A stretch of 54,889 nucleotides of DNA, taken from IMG/VR virus record IMGVR_UViG_3300014656_006066, positions 1 through 54,889 of that record; one strand, given 5' to 3'. Both the position numbers and the translations under genes were made by a program. Below, one piece after another: positions 27,446 to 36,159 of the stretch. The stretch is from a virus (Duplodnaviria > Caudoviricetes). Below the pieces are notes generated by a model. It had not been told where the DNA came from. It saw only the letters and a list, made by a program, of their open reading frames with translations, and did not search any database. The first letter of the stretch is position 1. Each line of letters opens with the position of its first letter.

Positions 27446-28287
27446 GCGAATCCGTATACATGCGCCAGGTAGTCGACGCCCTCATGCCCGAGGGCTCGAT
27501 CCTGACCCCGGCGGCTGGCGGCTACCTTGATAGGCTCCTTGACGGCATTGCGGACAACGAGCAGGCAATCCTTGAAGCCATGGAATCGCTCGCGAATATC
27601 CGGAACCCGTGGAAGTGTGCGATCGAACTCTTGCCGGATCTCGAACGCGAATTCGGCATCACCCCGAACCCCGCGCTGACAGAGAAGGACAGGCGCGCAA
27701 ATCTCGCTCTTGTCCGATACAAGCGCCGCAGTCTCGGAACCGTAGCCAAGCTTCAGCGCGCGCTCGACCGCGCCGGATTCGGGGCAGGAGGGTATGGGCT
27801 CATCGTGACCCCGAACGCGAGTCCCGCGACCGATCCAGCCCCGATCGTCGATAACTCGTACCAGCTCACGGCTCACGCGATTGGCGATGAGTCCGGCGCG
27901 GTCGCGGGGAACATGGGCGCATATGCGGCCCGCCGGGGCGGGTATTACCTCGTCAATGGTGACTCCTACGCGGCACGTCCCGAGTACCCCCAGGCCGGGC
28001 AGATATGCGCGCGCGCGTTCGATGGCACGGATACGCTCTCGGGGAAGGAGTGCGCGGGGCACTATACCGGATACGCGCTGTATGAAAACGAGTACGCATC
28101 GCCAGGAGCTGCGTTGTGGCCGCTCGTTTTTTTCGTCGGCGGGATTGTTGCCCGGAATGCAGATGGATCGATTGCCGCAGTCTCACCTGTTACGATCCCG
28201 GCGACAAGGCGGCAAGAGCTACACCGACTCATCTTGCGAATAAAACCCATGGGAATATGGGCGGCAATGATTATACAGTATACATAG
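27442..28287 (+). CDS. baseplate wedge (Mu gp48/DUF2313-like)
   Basis: ALMPEG, ELLPDLEREFGI, RIKP. Confidence 0.75.
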   Translation: MSESVYMRQVVDALMPEGSILTPAAGGYLDRLLDGIADNEQAILEAMESLANIRNPWKCAIELLPDLEREFGITPNPALTEKDRRANLALVRYKRRSLGTVAKLQRALDRAGFGAGGYGLIVTPNASPATDPAPIVDNSYQLTAHAIGDESGAVAGNMGAYAARRGGYYLVNGDSYAARPEYPQAGQICARAFDGTDTLSGKECAGHYTGYALYENEYASPGAALWPLVFFVGGIVARNADGSIAAVSPVTIPATRRQELHRLILRIKPMGIWAAMIIQYT

Positions 28288-28395
28288 CGGCGGAGAAGCC
28301 CGGGCCGGTTGCGGGCCTGAATCTCGCGGGAATAAACCCAGGCGCCGGCCCGGGACCAAACGAAATACCAACGTCGAGATGACGCAGGAGGAACG

Positions 28396-29178
28396 ATGAA
28401 AGATTTTAAGACTACGTACGGCGGGCTCGTTATTGGAGACTGGCCGAACTCGATTCCGAAAAACGCGAGTGGCCCGAGCGCCAGCGACGGAACGCCATTT
28501 ACTGCTGACCTCATAGCCGACCTATGGGGCTGGCAGAAACGTATTATGACCCTCGCGGGGATGACGCCTAACGGGGCATGGGACGATTCCTCCGCATCGC
28601 AGATTGTCACGGCGATCGAACGCGTGATTCGCGGGCCGGGGGAGTTCGTTCACTCTGCGCTCAACCCGGCCGAGCTCGCCCTGCGTAGACTCCTACCCAT
28701 GAACGGGCAGGTGGTTCTGATCGCGTCATATCAGCGGGCTTGCGATTCCGTGTACGTGGGCGACGCGAACAACGCGGCGGCGTTCGGATTCTATAAGACC
28801 AGCGACTCGAGTGGCGTCACGAGGTCGACCACGGGCGCGTATATGGTCATGCCGGACTGCCGGGGCATATTCCTCCGCGGCCTTGGCGTGAGTGCGATCA
28901 GGCAAGCGGCGAACGGGAATTATTTCACCGGCGGGTCGATCATGGCGAACTATATGATCGATATGATGGGGGGGCATCATCATAATTTGTATTCAGAAAA
29001 TGGAGGATCGGATGGAAATTACTATCATGCTCCTTCAAATAGTGGCAATGCGCTTCCACTTTTGTTCGTAGGGCCTGATGTTAAAGAAGCTGTCTCCGAC
29101 GGCGCCAACGGCAACCCCCGCTTCGGCTACGAAAACCGCCCGGCCTCCGTCAGCGGTCAAATCTGCCTCACATACTAA
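28396..29178 (+). CDS. tail fibre/collar-domain protein
   Basis: PMNGQ, PDCRGIFLRG, HHH, ENRPASV collar and tip motifs. Confidence 0.78.
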   Translation: MKDFKTTYGGLVIGDWPNSIPKNASGPSASDGTPFTADLIADLWGWQKRIMTLAGMTPNGAWDDSSASQIVTAIERVIRGPGEFVHSALNPAELALRRLLPMNGQVVLIASYQRACDSVYVGDANNAAAFGFYKTSDSSGVTRSTTGAYMVMPDCRGIFLRGLGVSAIRQAANGNYFTGGSIMANYMIDMMGGHHHNLYSENGGSDGNYYHAPSNSGNALPLLFVGPDVKEAVSDGANGNPRFGYENRPASVSGQICLTY

Positions 29179-29191
29179 GGAAGGAATCACA

Positions 29192-29995
29192 ATGAAAACC
29201 GTAGTCCATGAAAACGTCGACGGGTATGAGATCGTCCGCTATTTCGGCGACGCGCAGGTCGACCCCGTAGCCACGTGGTCGAAGATACAGGATAAAATCC
29301 TCGCACTCCCCGAACTAGCGCAAATGAACTCCGTCAAGGCGAAGATAACCGCGCAGGCTCAGACGGGGCAAGATGCGTTCAATCTCGCGGCCGCCGCAGA
29401 GAAGTCCGGGAACTTCAAGGCCGCCACGTCCTACCAGGCGCAGTACCAAGCCGCTGTCGCCGCGATCCCCGTACTCGAGGAAGAACTCACGCCCCTCGCC
29501 GCCGCTTTCGACGCCGCCCGATCGGCCCTGTTCGAGGCGAACGCCGCATACTTCACCCCCGGCCCTGGCGAATCGATCATCAGCGATGCGGATTACGAGG
29601 TACTGAAAGCCAAGGCCGACGCACTCGCGTCGAACCAGCAGCTTACGGTCTCAGGAACGTACGTCGCCGATAACCGCGGGAAGGCCTGGTGGGCCAAGGA
29701 CGGTACATGGAAACGCGAGACCACGGAACAGCTCGGCGTCCCGATCCCGCCCGGCGCCATCCTCGAGGAGAAGCTATCCGAATCGCAGAAGCTCGAGATC
29801 GCGGCCGAGTCAGCAGCCGCGAGGCTGGCCGGGTTGACGGTCGAGGAGCGCGAGGCCGAAAAGACGGGAGCCCTGAAGGCAGCCGCGCAGGAAGCCGCGA
29901 ACCAGAAGACGCTCGCCGAGATCACGGGCGAGAAATTCGACGCCGCCGCGTGGTACTCCGCGAAGAAGGCCGAGATCGAGAAGATATATAAGTAA
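29192..29995 (+). CDS. putative tail fibre assembly protein
   Basis: Last late gene; ADNRGKAWW, LGVPIPPGA. Confidence 0.5.
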   Translation: MKTVVHENVDGYEIVRYFGDAQVDPVATWSKIQDKILALPELAQMNSVKAKITAQAQTGQDAFNLAAAAEKSGNFKAATSYQAQYQAAVAAIPVLEEELTPLAAAFDAARSALFEANAAYFTPGPGESIISDADYEVLKAKADALASNQQLTVSGTYVADNRGKAWWAKDGTWKRETTEQLGVPIPPGAILEEKLSESQKLEIAAESAAARLAGLTVEEREAEKTGALKAAAQEAANQKTLAEITGEKFDAAAWYSAKKAEIEKIYK

Positions 29996-30044
29996 GGTGA
30001 TATAAAAATAGGCGAGCCCCTGGACAGGCCCGCCGTGCTTCCTT

Positions 30045-30077
30045 GGCCCCCGGTTGTGAGCCGGGGGCCTTCTTATT
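30045..30077 (+). terminator. intrinsic terminator at the convergence point
   Basis: GGCCCCCGG-N7-CCGGGGGCC then TTCTTATT. Confidence 0.65.
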
Positions 30078-30330
30078 TGCCGAAGAACACCAGGAAAGCG
30101 CCCACGGCCGCGGCCATGGCGATGATGGTTCCGATAAACCACTTGCGATTGCTAGAACTTGCCGACGCCCGTGAGGCGAGTACCGCTCGTATTTGGTTCT
30201 TCCCAATCGGGTCACCAAAACAAGCGTCATCGGGGAGATCGGGCCGTTTTAATTGCTTCCTAAGTTGCCTTGAAGAGACGTATTGAAGCTGGTCTATGCT
30301 TTTCAGGTTCTCGAACTTGATTCTAGCCAT
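30073..30330 (-). CDS. small C-terminal TM protein
   Basis: 85 aa, hydrophobic C-terminus. Confidence 0.5.
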   Translation of the reverse strand: MARIKFENLKSIDQLQYVSSRQLRKQLKRPDLPDDACFGDPIGKNQIRAVLASRASASSSNRKWFIGTIIAMAAAVGAFLVFFGK

Positions 30331-30395
30331 ATTCGCCCCGTCCTACTTCCCTTACCCGGTACAAAACAGTACAAGCTTGTACCGGGACGACCATT

Positions 30396-30548
30396 TTACG
30401 TGGATGCGGCCGCACGGCGTCTGGCGGACGCGGCTGCTCGTATTTTCTTGTCGAAGAGAAACCCAAATTCTCCCCGTTGCATACATAGCGCGATCGCGAA
30501 TTCTTCCACGAAACGATTGTACTTTTTCTTCCTTATTCTCCGCTTCAT
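30396..30548 (-). CDS. 50-aa basic hypothetical protein
   Basis: MKRRIRKKKYNRF...AAASARRRAAAST, read by hand. Confidence 0.4.
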   Translation of the reverse strand: MKRRIRKKKYNRFVEEFAIALCMQRGEFGFLFDKKIRAAASARRRAAAST

Positions 30549-30730
30549 TGGGCCGCCGCACGGCGCCTGGCGGACGCGGCCTCGGCTCTTTCGCGGTTGG
30601 CCTTGTCGCGGTTTACTTGCTGGCGAACTGCCCTGCGGATATAGTCCGAGGGGAGCCGTATCGCCTGGTCAGTCCATCTCGATTCGCATATCCCGATCGA
30701 GGTCGGGCGCGAGGGTTATTTCGGGCATGC

Positions 30731-30958
30731 TTAGGGCGCCTCGATTCGCACTGTCCCGCATATCGGGCAGGCGAAGAGCTTTGTAGATTTTCCATGTAGA
30801 ATCTTTTCGCCTTTGTAGAACTGCTTTATCTCCCCTTCTTGGTCGAACGGGGCACGTTCTAGGCTACGAAGCTCGATGAACTTTTTCGAGCTATCGTTAT
30901 GGTAAGCCCTAGGGTCTATCGAATCCTGATCTGCATAATTACAGGCATAACATCGCAT
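30731..30958 (-). CDS. small zinc-ribbon protein
   Basis: CYAC...CPICG; AGGAG RBS. Confidence 0.65.
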   Translation of the reverse strand: MRCYACNYADQDSIDPRAYHNDSSKKFIELRSLERAPFDQEGEIKQFYKGEKILHGKSTKLFACPICGTVRIEAP

Positions 30959-31006
30959 ATTCTCTCCTTTATAAAGCGCGCCCAGAATTGAGCGCGCCGT
31001 TACTGA

Positions 31007-31201
31007 TTATATAGGTAGTCTCGTGGGCTTTATTTCTCCCTCTATCCTATTTTTTTGAATATCGACAGCCATTATTCCAGGAACATGATCGGGAATATTT
31101 GCACTAAATGCCTCGAATAACCCATTCGTCGCATCGCCCGTGGCCGATATTACTACCCGCCCTCCCTTGAACTTCATAATCGTAACGCGCGGTTGGCTCA
31201 C
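31007..31201 (-). CDS. hypothetical protein
   Basis: GTGA-coupled to the lipoprotein gene. Confidence 0.45.
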   Translation of the reverse strand: MSQPRVTIMKFKGGRVVISATGDATNGLFEAFSANIPDHVPGIMAVDIQKNRIEGEIKPTRLPI

Positions 31202-32682
31202 TGCGTCACCGCCACGACCGCACCGCCAGCATACGCTTCAACGGTCCCGAGCGTCCCCGTATTTGTATCCACGGCCGCGCGGTACGTTCCGGTCGCGTTC
31301 GTATAGAACAGGAGCCCGCCGACGACTGTCCAGGACGTTATCCCGGGGTCCGATACGAGCGTCTTGACCGCGGCCGCGCCGGTACTCATCTGCACGAGCG
31401 CGATCGAGTCCGTGGTATCGGTGGGACCGGCATACACCTCGCCGCCAGCATACGACCAGTTCGAGACGTAGTAGGGTTGCGTCGACCCGTCGGGGAGTTC
31501 ATGCGATACCGGCACCGCGCCGGTATCGAACGACGCAATCGCCGAGGCGCTGACCTTGAACGAGTAGCCGCCGAACGTGAGGATCGAGTCGCCGGTGCGG
31601 TACTTCCATCCTATGTACATGGTCTGCGCCGTCGTGGATCCCGTTAGCTCCGCGTAGGCGATCGGCACCTGGGACAAGGTGAGCGGGCGGTCCAGAGACG
31701 CGTTCAGGGTCTCCTTATAGAGGTGTAGCACGTATCCGCCGGTCTGCTCGAACCCGCCTACCTTGGACGGGTCGTTATCCCATATAGGCCGCCCCCTAAC
31801 GACGTACATGGTCCCGGTCGCGTCATCGTAAAGGGCATGGCATCCCCCGGACACCGAGTACGTCGGTTGCCACTCGTTAAGGGTGTACGCCTCCTCCTGG
31901 AAGCCGAAATCCTTGATCGTGCCGCCGGCCGATATCGCCTGAGCTCGGAAGTCTTGATAGCCGCCCGTGAACGCGAACACGGTTTCCGATAAATCCGCGA
32001 ATATCCACGTATTCGAGTCCCATAGCTTGGTTGCGAGGGTATCGGTAAGGTCGCCACCCATGCCGGAATTCATGTACACCTTGGCGCGTTCAGAAATGAC
32101 GGTCGCGACCCCGCTCGATAGCTGAAGCCGATATATCGATCCGCCGGACACATACCAGGCCTTCTCACCGCGGGCAAATATACGGCCCCAGTCGGAAGGA
32201 ATAGCGGAAACGATAGCCAGGGCTCCCGTGGACAGGTTGAGCGTCGCGGTCTCGCTAGCGGTGCCGCCAGTTATGGGATAGGAATACGTTATCAAAACAT
32301 ACGCATTGGTAAGCTGCGCCGCCCGTGTTATCGAAACGGAAACAGAGGCCCCGTCCGCATCGGTGAATGTTGCGGGCTGAGGTGACCCCGTAGCTGTCAC
32401 CGTGCCGAGAGTAGCGTCGCTCGACGATACGACGGCGCGTGCGGAGGTCGGGCTTGTATATACGATTGCGCGGCTTGCCGGGGCCGCCTGGAGATAGAGC
32501 CCCTTGAGGTTCGATGCTACGAGCTTCTTAGGGGCACCTGGGAGGACTACGGGGGGCGTCGGTTCCACGGGGTTTGTGGCCGCGGGGGGCGTGACTGCGG
32601 GTTCAACCGGCGGCATCACCGTCGTGTCGCATCCCGCGAGCGCTAGAATGAGCGCTAGAGCGAAGGCAAATCTGTTTTTCAT
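31198..32682 (-). CDS. lipoprotein moron, beta-rich (propeller-like)
   Basis: MKNRFAFALALILALAG-C lipobox, Pro-rich tether, GGAGG RBS. Confidence 0.8.
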   Translation of the reverse strand: MKNRFAFALALILALAGCDTTVMPPVEPAVTPPAATNPVEPTPPVVLPGAPKKLVASNLKGLYLQAAPASRAIVYTSPTSARAVVSSSDATLGTVTATGSPQPATFTDADGASVSVSITRAAQLTNAYVLITYSYPITGGTASETATLNLSTGALAIVSAIPSDWGRIFARGEKAWYVSGGSIYRLQLSSGVATVISERAKVYMNSGMGGDLTDTLATKLWDSNTWIFADLSETVFAFTGGYQDFRAQAISAGGTIKDFGFQEEAYTLNEWQPTYSVSGGCHALYDDATGTMYVVRGRPIWDNDPSKVGGFEQTGGYVLHLYKETLNASLDRPLTLSQVPIAYAELTGSTTAQTMYIGWKYRTGDSILTFGGYSFKVSASAIASFDTGAVPVSHELPDGSTQPYYVSNWSYAGGEVYAGPTDTTDSIALVQMSTGAAAVKTLVSDPGITSWTVVGGLLFYTNATGTYRAAVDTNTGTLGTVEAYAGGAVVAVTQ

Positions 32683-32702
32683 GGATTCCTCCATACTAAA
32701 AA

Positions 32703-32731
32703 ATTCTACACCTCCCATACGGGAAATGCAA
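32703..32731 (-). promoter_or_regulatory. sigma70 promoter of the lipoprotein moron
   Basis: TTGCAT-17-TAGAAT. Confidence 0.65.
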
Positions 32732-32820
32732 TAAAAAATCTAAAATCTTCTATAGAATTCATTTCTGCTTATATTGCGAAAATTGAATTCGTCCTGGGGG
32801 TGTCGGGCTAGCGGCGGGTG

Positions 32821-32854
32821 GACGTTTATAGGGCGTGCGGGGCAGATTCGGGGC
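32821..32854 (+). promoter_or_regulatory. late-promoter motif GACGTTTATA
   Basis: Motif starts 34 nt before ATG 32855; CAGATT at -12..-7. Confidence 0.7.
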
Positions 32855-33259
32855 ATGGCAGAACTTGAACGCGAGGTAATGGACCGCCGTCTCCGGGCGC
32901 TGGGATGCGTCGGGGCAGGGGCCGAGTCGAGCCCGTATCGCCGGTTCCGTATCAACGCAGGTTCGGGATGGGTTGCCGCCCCCGGGGATACCCTGCACGT
33001 GAAAAAGGCGATGAGCGTCCGCGTATACCCTGGCGATATGGTGCTCAGGCGCGCCCGTCCGTTCATCGGCGCGCCCGCGGGCTGGGCGGATCTCGTCGGC
33101 TGGGATTCGGTGATCATCGGCGAGGAGATGGTCGGGCAGCGCGTGGCCGTGTTCGCTATGGACGAACTCAAGTCGGCGGGGGTGCGCTTGTCGAAGGACC
33201 AGCGGGACATGGGCGAGCTTGTGACCAGGTGGGGCGGGCGGTTCGAGGTCATACGGTAG
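32855..33259 (+). CDS. VRR-NUC family nuclease
   Basis: GWADLVG...DELK...RLSKDQ...GG. Confidence 0.75.
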   Translation: MAELEREVMDRRLRALGCVGAGAESSPYRRFRINAGSGWVAAPGDTLHVKKAMSVRVYPGDMVLRRARPFIGAPAGWADLVGWDSVIIGEEMVGQRVAVFAMDELKSAGVRLSKDQRDMGELVTRWGGRFEVIR

Positions 33260-33554
33260 GGCTGTCCGAGAGATCCGCGCCGCAGTTGATACAGGCCGTA
33301 GAGTCTCCCGGCGAGATACAGAAGCAAGCCGGGCACATAATCGTTTCGGGCGGTTCTTCGCTCGGGCCGAGCCACGCGCGCTTGATGTTCCATTTATTCG
33401 TGAGCTTCTTGCCCTGCTTTTTTATGGCGGCTTTAGTTAGTCGTTCAAAGTCCCAAGCGCTTATTGGCATCGGACCGATTTGAATAGTGATTATTTCTTT
33501 CGTATCCATGTGCTCTAGTTCAAAGTGCTGATATTCGATCTTTTCATTTTTCAA
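33249..33554 (-). CDS. hypothetical protein with zinc ribbon
   Basis: CPAC...CINCG. Confidence 0.55.
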   Translation of the reverse strand: MKNEKIEYQHFELEHMDTKEIITIQIGPMPISAWDFERLTKAAIKKQGKKLTNKWNIKRAWLGPSEEPPETIMCPACFCISPGDSTACINCGADLSDSPTV

Positions 33555-35332
33555 ACCACTGCCTCCTCTTTCTTCCCTTCCCTGAGTTCCTTGATTTTGA
33601 AATACGCCCAGCCGTTCTTGTAGTTCTTCTGGCGGGCGATCTCATGCACGAGCGGCACATTCACCGTCAACCTGGTAGTCTGCCCGGCCTCCGCGCGCTT
33701 CTTGTTTTCCCTCTCGACAAGCCAGTAATACACCCACATACTCGACCGCCCGAGCTCGGCGGCGACCGCGAGTAATTCCCCGATCGGCCCGGCTTGAATC
33801 ACGCCGTCCTCGGCAAGCGCGGCGTCCGTCGCCCTTCCGATCCTGTCCTGAACCTCGCGCTTCTCCTCGGGCTCGAGGTCGGCCATTCTGACCGGCCCCT
33901 TCCGCTCCTCGAGCTTCGTTTCCACGACGACGAGCGCGCCGCGACGGGCGTCGGTCTCGCCGGGATTCTTGAGGGTGCAGCCGGCGCATGAAATCTTGTC
34001 GCAGTATTGGAAGTCCAGGTGCGGGCAGAGACGGAGGACGATATCGGTAGGTTTAAGTCGCTTGCGTTTCTCGGTACCCTCGAAATTCCATTCGATATCA
34101 TCGATCTTGAATAAGGGGACGCCGGGATAGCGCGGATCCTGGTGCTCCTGAATCAGGTTCGCGTGATCGAAAAATAGCGCTTCTTCCTTGTGGTATCCCG
34201 TGACCTCATCATCGAACGGCCGGAGGATTCGCCCGACCTTCTGGAAGTAGAGCGCGCGCGAGCCCGTGGGCCGGATCGAGGCCCCGTATTCAATCCTCGG
34301 GATATCGAGGCCGTACGTCGCGAGCTCGCAGTTTGTAAGGCCGTCAATTTTACCGTCGCGATGGGCGTTAATAAGGGCCTTGAGTTCGCCGTCGCTCATC
34401 TTCCCTTCGATGCAATGGAAGTTGTACCCGGCGTCGCAGAAGCGCTTCGCGGTCTCGTAGGCCGACTTCACGGATCGGCAGAAAATGAGGGCGGGGCGGC
34501 CCTTGGCATAATTCTTGTTAAGTTCGACGACGGGACGGCCGGGGTTCGATATGCTTGTATGCTTAACGGTTCCGTACTTCTCGTAGTATCCGATGACGTC
34601 GCCGTATACCTTCTTTTTCTCGAGCAACGCCTCGAGTTCGTTCTCGTCGACCTCCGTCCCTCGGCGCGGGAGCTTGTCGAGGCCTTCGATCGGCGGCGCG
34701 TAATAGCGCAAGGGGGCAAGGAACCCGCGGTCCGTAAGCCAGGGGATCGAGGGGCCTTGCACCATGACGTCATACGGCCCGCCCGCACTCGAGGACAGGC
34801 CGCGCCCGTCGGTCTTCTCGGGCGTCGCGGTCTGACCGAGTACGATCATCGGAGGGAGGCCGAGTTCTGCACGGGCGGCGTCGGCGGCGGCCATGATACG
34901 GAGCTGCGCGTCAAGGGCGATATGGCACTCGTCGATGATGAGGAAGTCGGGCCAGTTCTTGATTCGGTCGATCCTGCGGAGGATGGTGTCCTTGCTTACG
35001 CAGTGGACCATATACGCGCGGGACTCCTCGCGCCCGGCCGCGATGTGCGAATGCTTGACGCCCCATTTCGTGAGGTGCCCGGAGGCCTGGCCCCCGAGTT
35101 CGTTCCGGGGGTACATGAACCAAACACGTCGGCCCTTGAGGGACGCGGAGGATATCATCGCCGCCGAAAGGGGGGTCTTCCCGCCGCCCGTCGGGAGCTG
35201 AACGAGTACGGAGCGGACACGCCGTTCAGTTGTCACGGGCACCCCGTAGTCGGTGATCCGGGTCAGGGATATTTTTTTAAGCGTGGCCGCTTGCGCGTCG
35301 GCGTAGAGGCGGCCCTGGTAATCCCTTAACGT
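33551..35332 (-). CDS. SF2 DEAD/DEAH-box helicase (probable ACG start)
   Basis: LRDYQ, PTGGGKT, DECH, TAT, QKVGRILR; the Q-motif lies upstream of the tracked GTG start. Confidence 0.9.
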   Translation of the reverse strand, partial: TLRDYQGRLYADAQAATLKKISLTRITDYGVPVTTERRVRSVLVQLPTGGGKTPLSAAMISSASLKGRRVWFMYPRNELGGQASGHLTKWGVKHSHIAAGREESRAYMVHCVSKDTILRRIDRIKNWPDFLIIDECHIALDAQLRIMAAADAARAELGLPPMIVLGQTATPEKTDGRGLSSSAGGPYDVMVQGPSIPWLTDRGFLAPLRYYAPPIEGLDKLPRRGTEVDENELEALLEKKKVYGDVIGYYEKYGTVKHTSISNPGRPVVELNKNYAKGRPALIFCRSVKSAYETAKRFCDAGYNFHCIEGKMSDGELKALINAHRDGKIDGLTNCELATYGLDIPRIEYGASIRPTGSRALYFQKVGRILRPFDDEVTGYHKEEALFFDHANLIQEHQDPRYPGVPLFKIDDIEWNFEGTEKRKRLKPTDIVLRLCPHLDFQYCDKISCAGCTLKNPGETDARRGALVVVETKLEERKGPVRMADLEPEEKREVQDRIGRATDAALAEDGVIQAGPIGELLAVAAELGRSSMWVYYWLVERENKKRAEAGQTTRLTVNVPLVHEIARQKNYKNGWAYFKIKELREGKKEEAVV

Positions 35333-35574
35333 GACGGGCCTCCGTTGGTATGCCCGAATGCAAAATAGACGATACTATTCACCATCTGCGCTATTCGGGA
35401 TTCGATGCGTGCTTCGATATATTTGCGCAGTAATTCCGTTGAAGTGGGGGGGCAGCCTCCCCCGGGGAGATAGTCTCGGAACACTATTTTCTTGCCATCG
35501 AGTGTGCCCGTGATTTGGCAGTAACCGTCACGGCAATCATTGAGTTCGGGGAGGTCGAGGATCAAGTGTTTCAT
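35326..35574 (-). CDS. hypothetical protein
   Basis: ATGA-coupled in the early operon (MKHLILDL...). Confidence 0.5.
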   Translation of the reverse strand: MKHLILDLPELNDCRDGYCQITGTLDGKKIVFRDYLPGGGCPPTSTELLRKYIEARIESRIAQMVNSIVYFAFGHTNGGPSR

Positions 35575-35852
35575 TTCTTGCCGCCCATGGTAATCAATGG
35601 CTCGGGCGCATATTTCTCCTCGAACGCCACCTTGTCCGCCTTCGCCTCGTGGTATCGCTTCTTGTAAATCGCCTTCGCTTCGACCCGGAACTGGCGCACG
35701 CGATCGGCCAGGATGCGCACGGGATACGCCGGGCTGAATATCCCGATAAACCTTGCCCACCATGGCGCGCGGGTCGGCGTGTGCCGCCGGACGTATTCGC
35801 GGTAATCGGGGTTGTAGCCCTTGCGGAGTTCTTTCCAGGTGCGGTCGCTCAT
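35571..35852 (-). CDS. hypothetical protein
   Basis: Coupled ORF starting MSDRT. Confidence 0.55.
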   Translation of the reverse strand: MSDRTWKELRKGYNPDYREYVRRHTPTRAPWWARFIGIFSPAYPVRILADRVRQFRVEAKAIYKKRYHEAKADKVAFEEKYAPEPLITMGGKK

Positions 35853-36013
35853 GGGCGGGCCGCCTTCTGCTCGATATTCGCCACCACTGACGCCAGTTTG
35901 TCGCGCAACTCCTTCGCCGCGCGAACCGTAAAATAAAGCTCACCTGAAGTTAGTTCGATAATGACTGGGAACTTCTTGGCGTTATTCTTCTTGCTCTCTC
36001 GGACTTCGATCAT
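35849..36013 (-). CDS. 54-aa hypothetical protein
   Basis: MIEVRESKK...; ATGA overlaps at both ends. Confidence 0.5.
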   Translation of the reverse strand: MIEVRESKKNNAKKFPVIIELTSGELYFTVRAAKELRDKLASVVANIEQKAARP

Positions 36014-36159
36014 GATTGTGCCGCCTTGATCCTGTCGTGCTCTATCAGGACCAGCATGTCTTCAATGATCCTCGCGACGTGCTGTTCCTGTTCGGGCGAA
36101 TAATCTATTGGCAGGTAGCCGAGGATTTCCGAGACGGCAGTTTGAGTGCGGTCGCTCAT
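36010..36159 (-). CDS. hypothetical protein
   Basis: Coupled ORF starting MSDRT. Confidence 0.5.
   Translation of the reverse strand: MSDRTQTAVSEILGYLPIDYSPEQEQHVARIIEDMLVLIEHDRIKAAQS

Noticed and set aside
28396-29178. Diversity-generating retroelement acting on the tail fibre
   Set aside because: No reverse transcriptase and no second template copy of the variable segment seen
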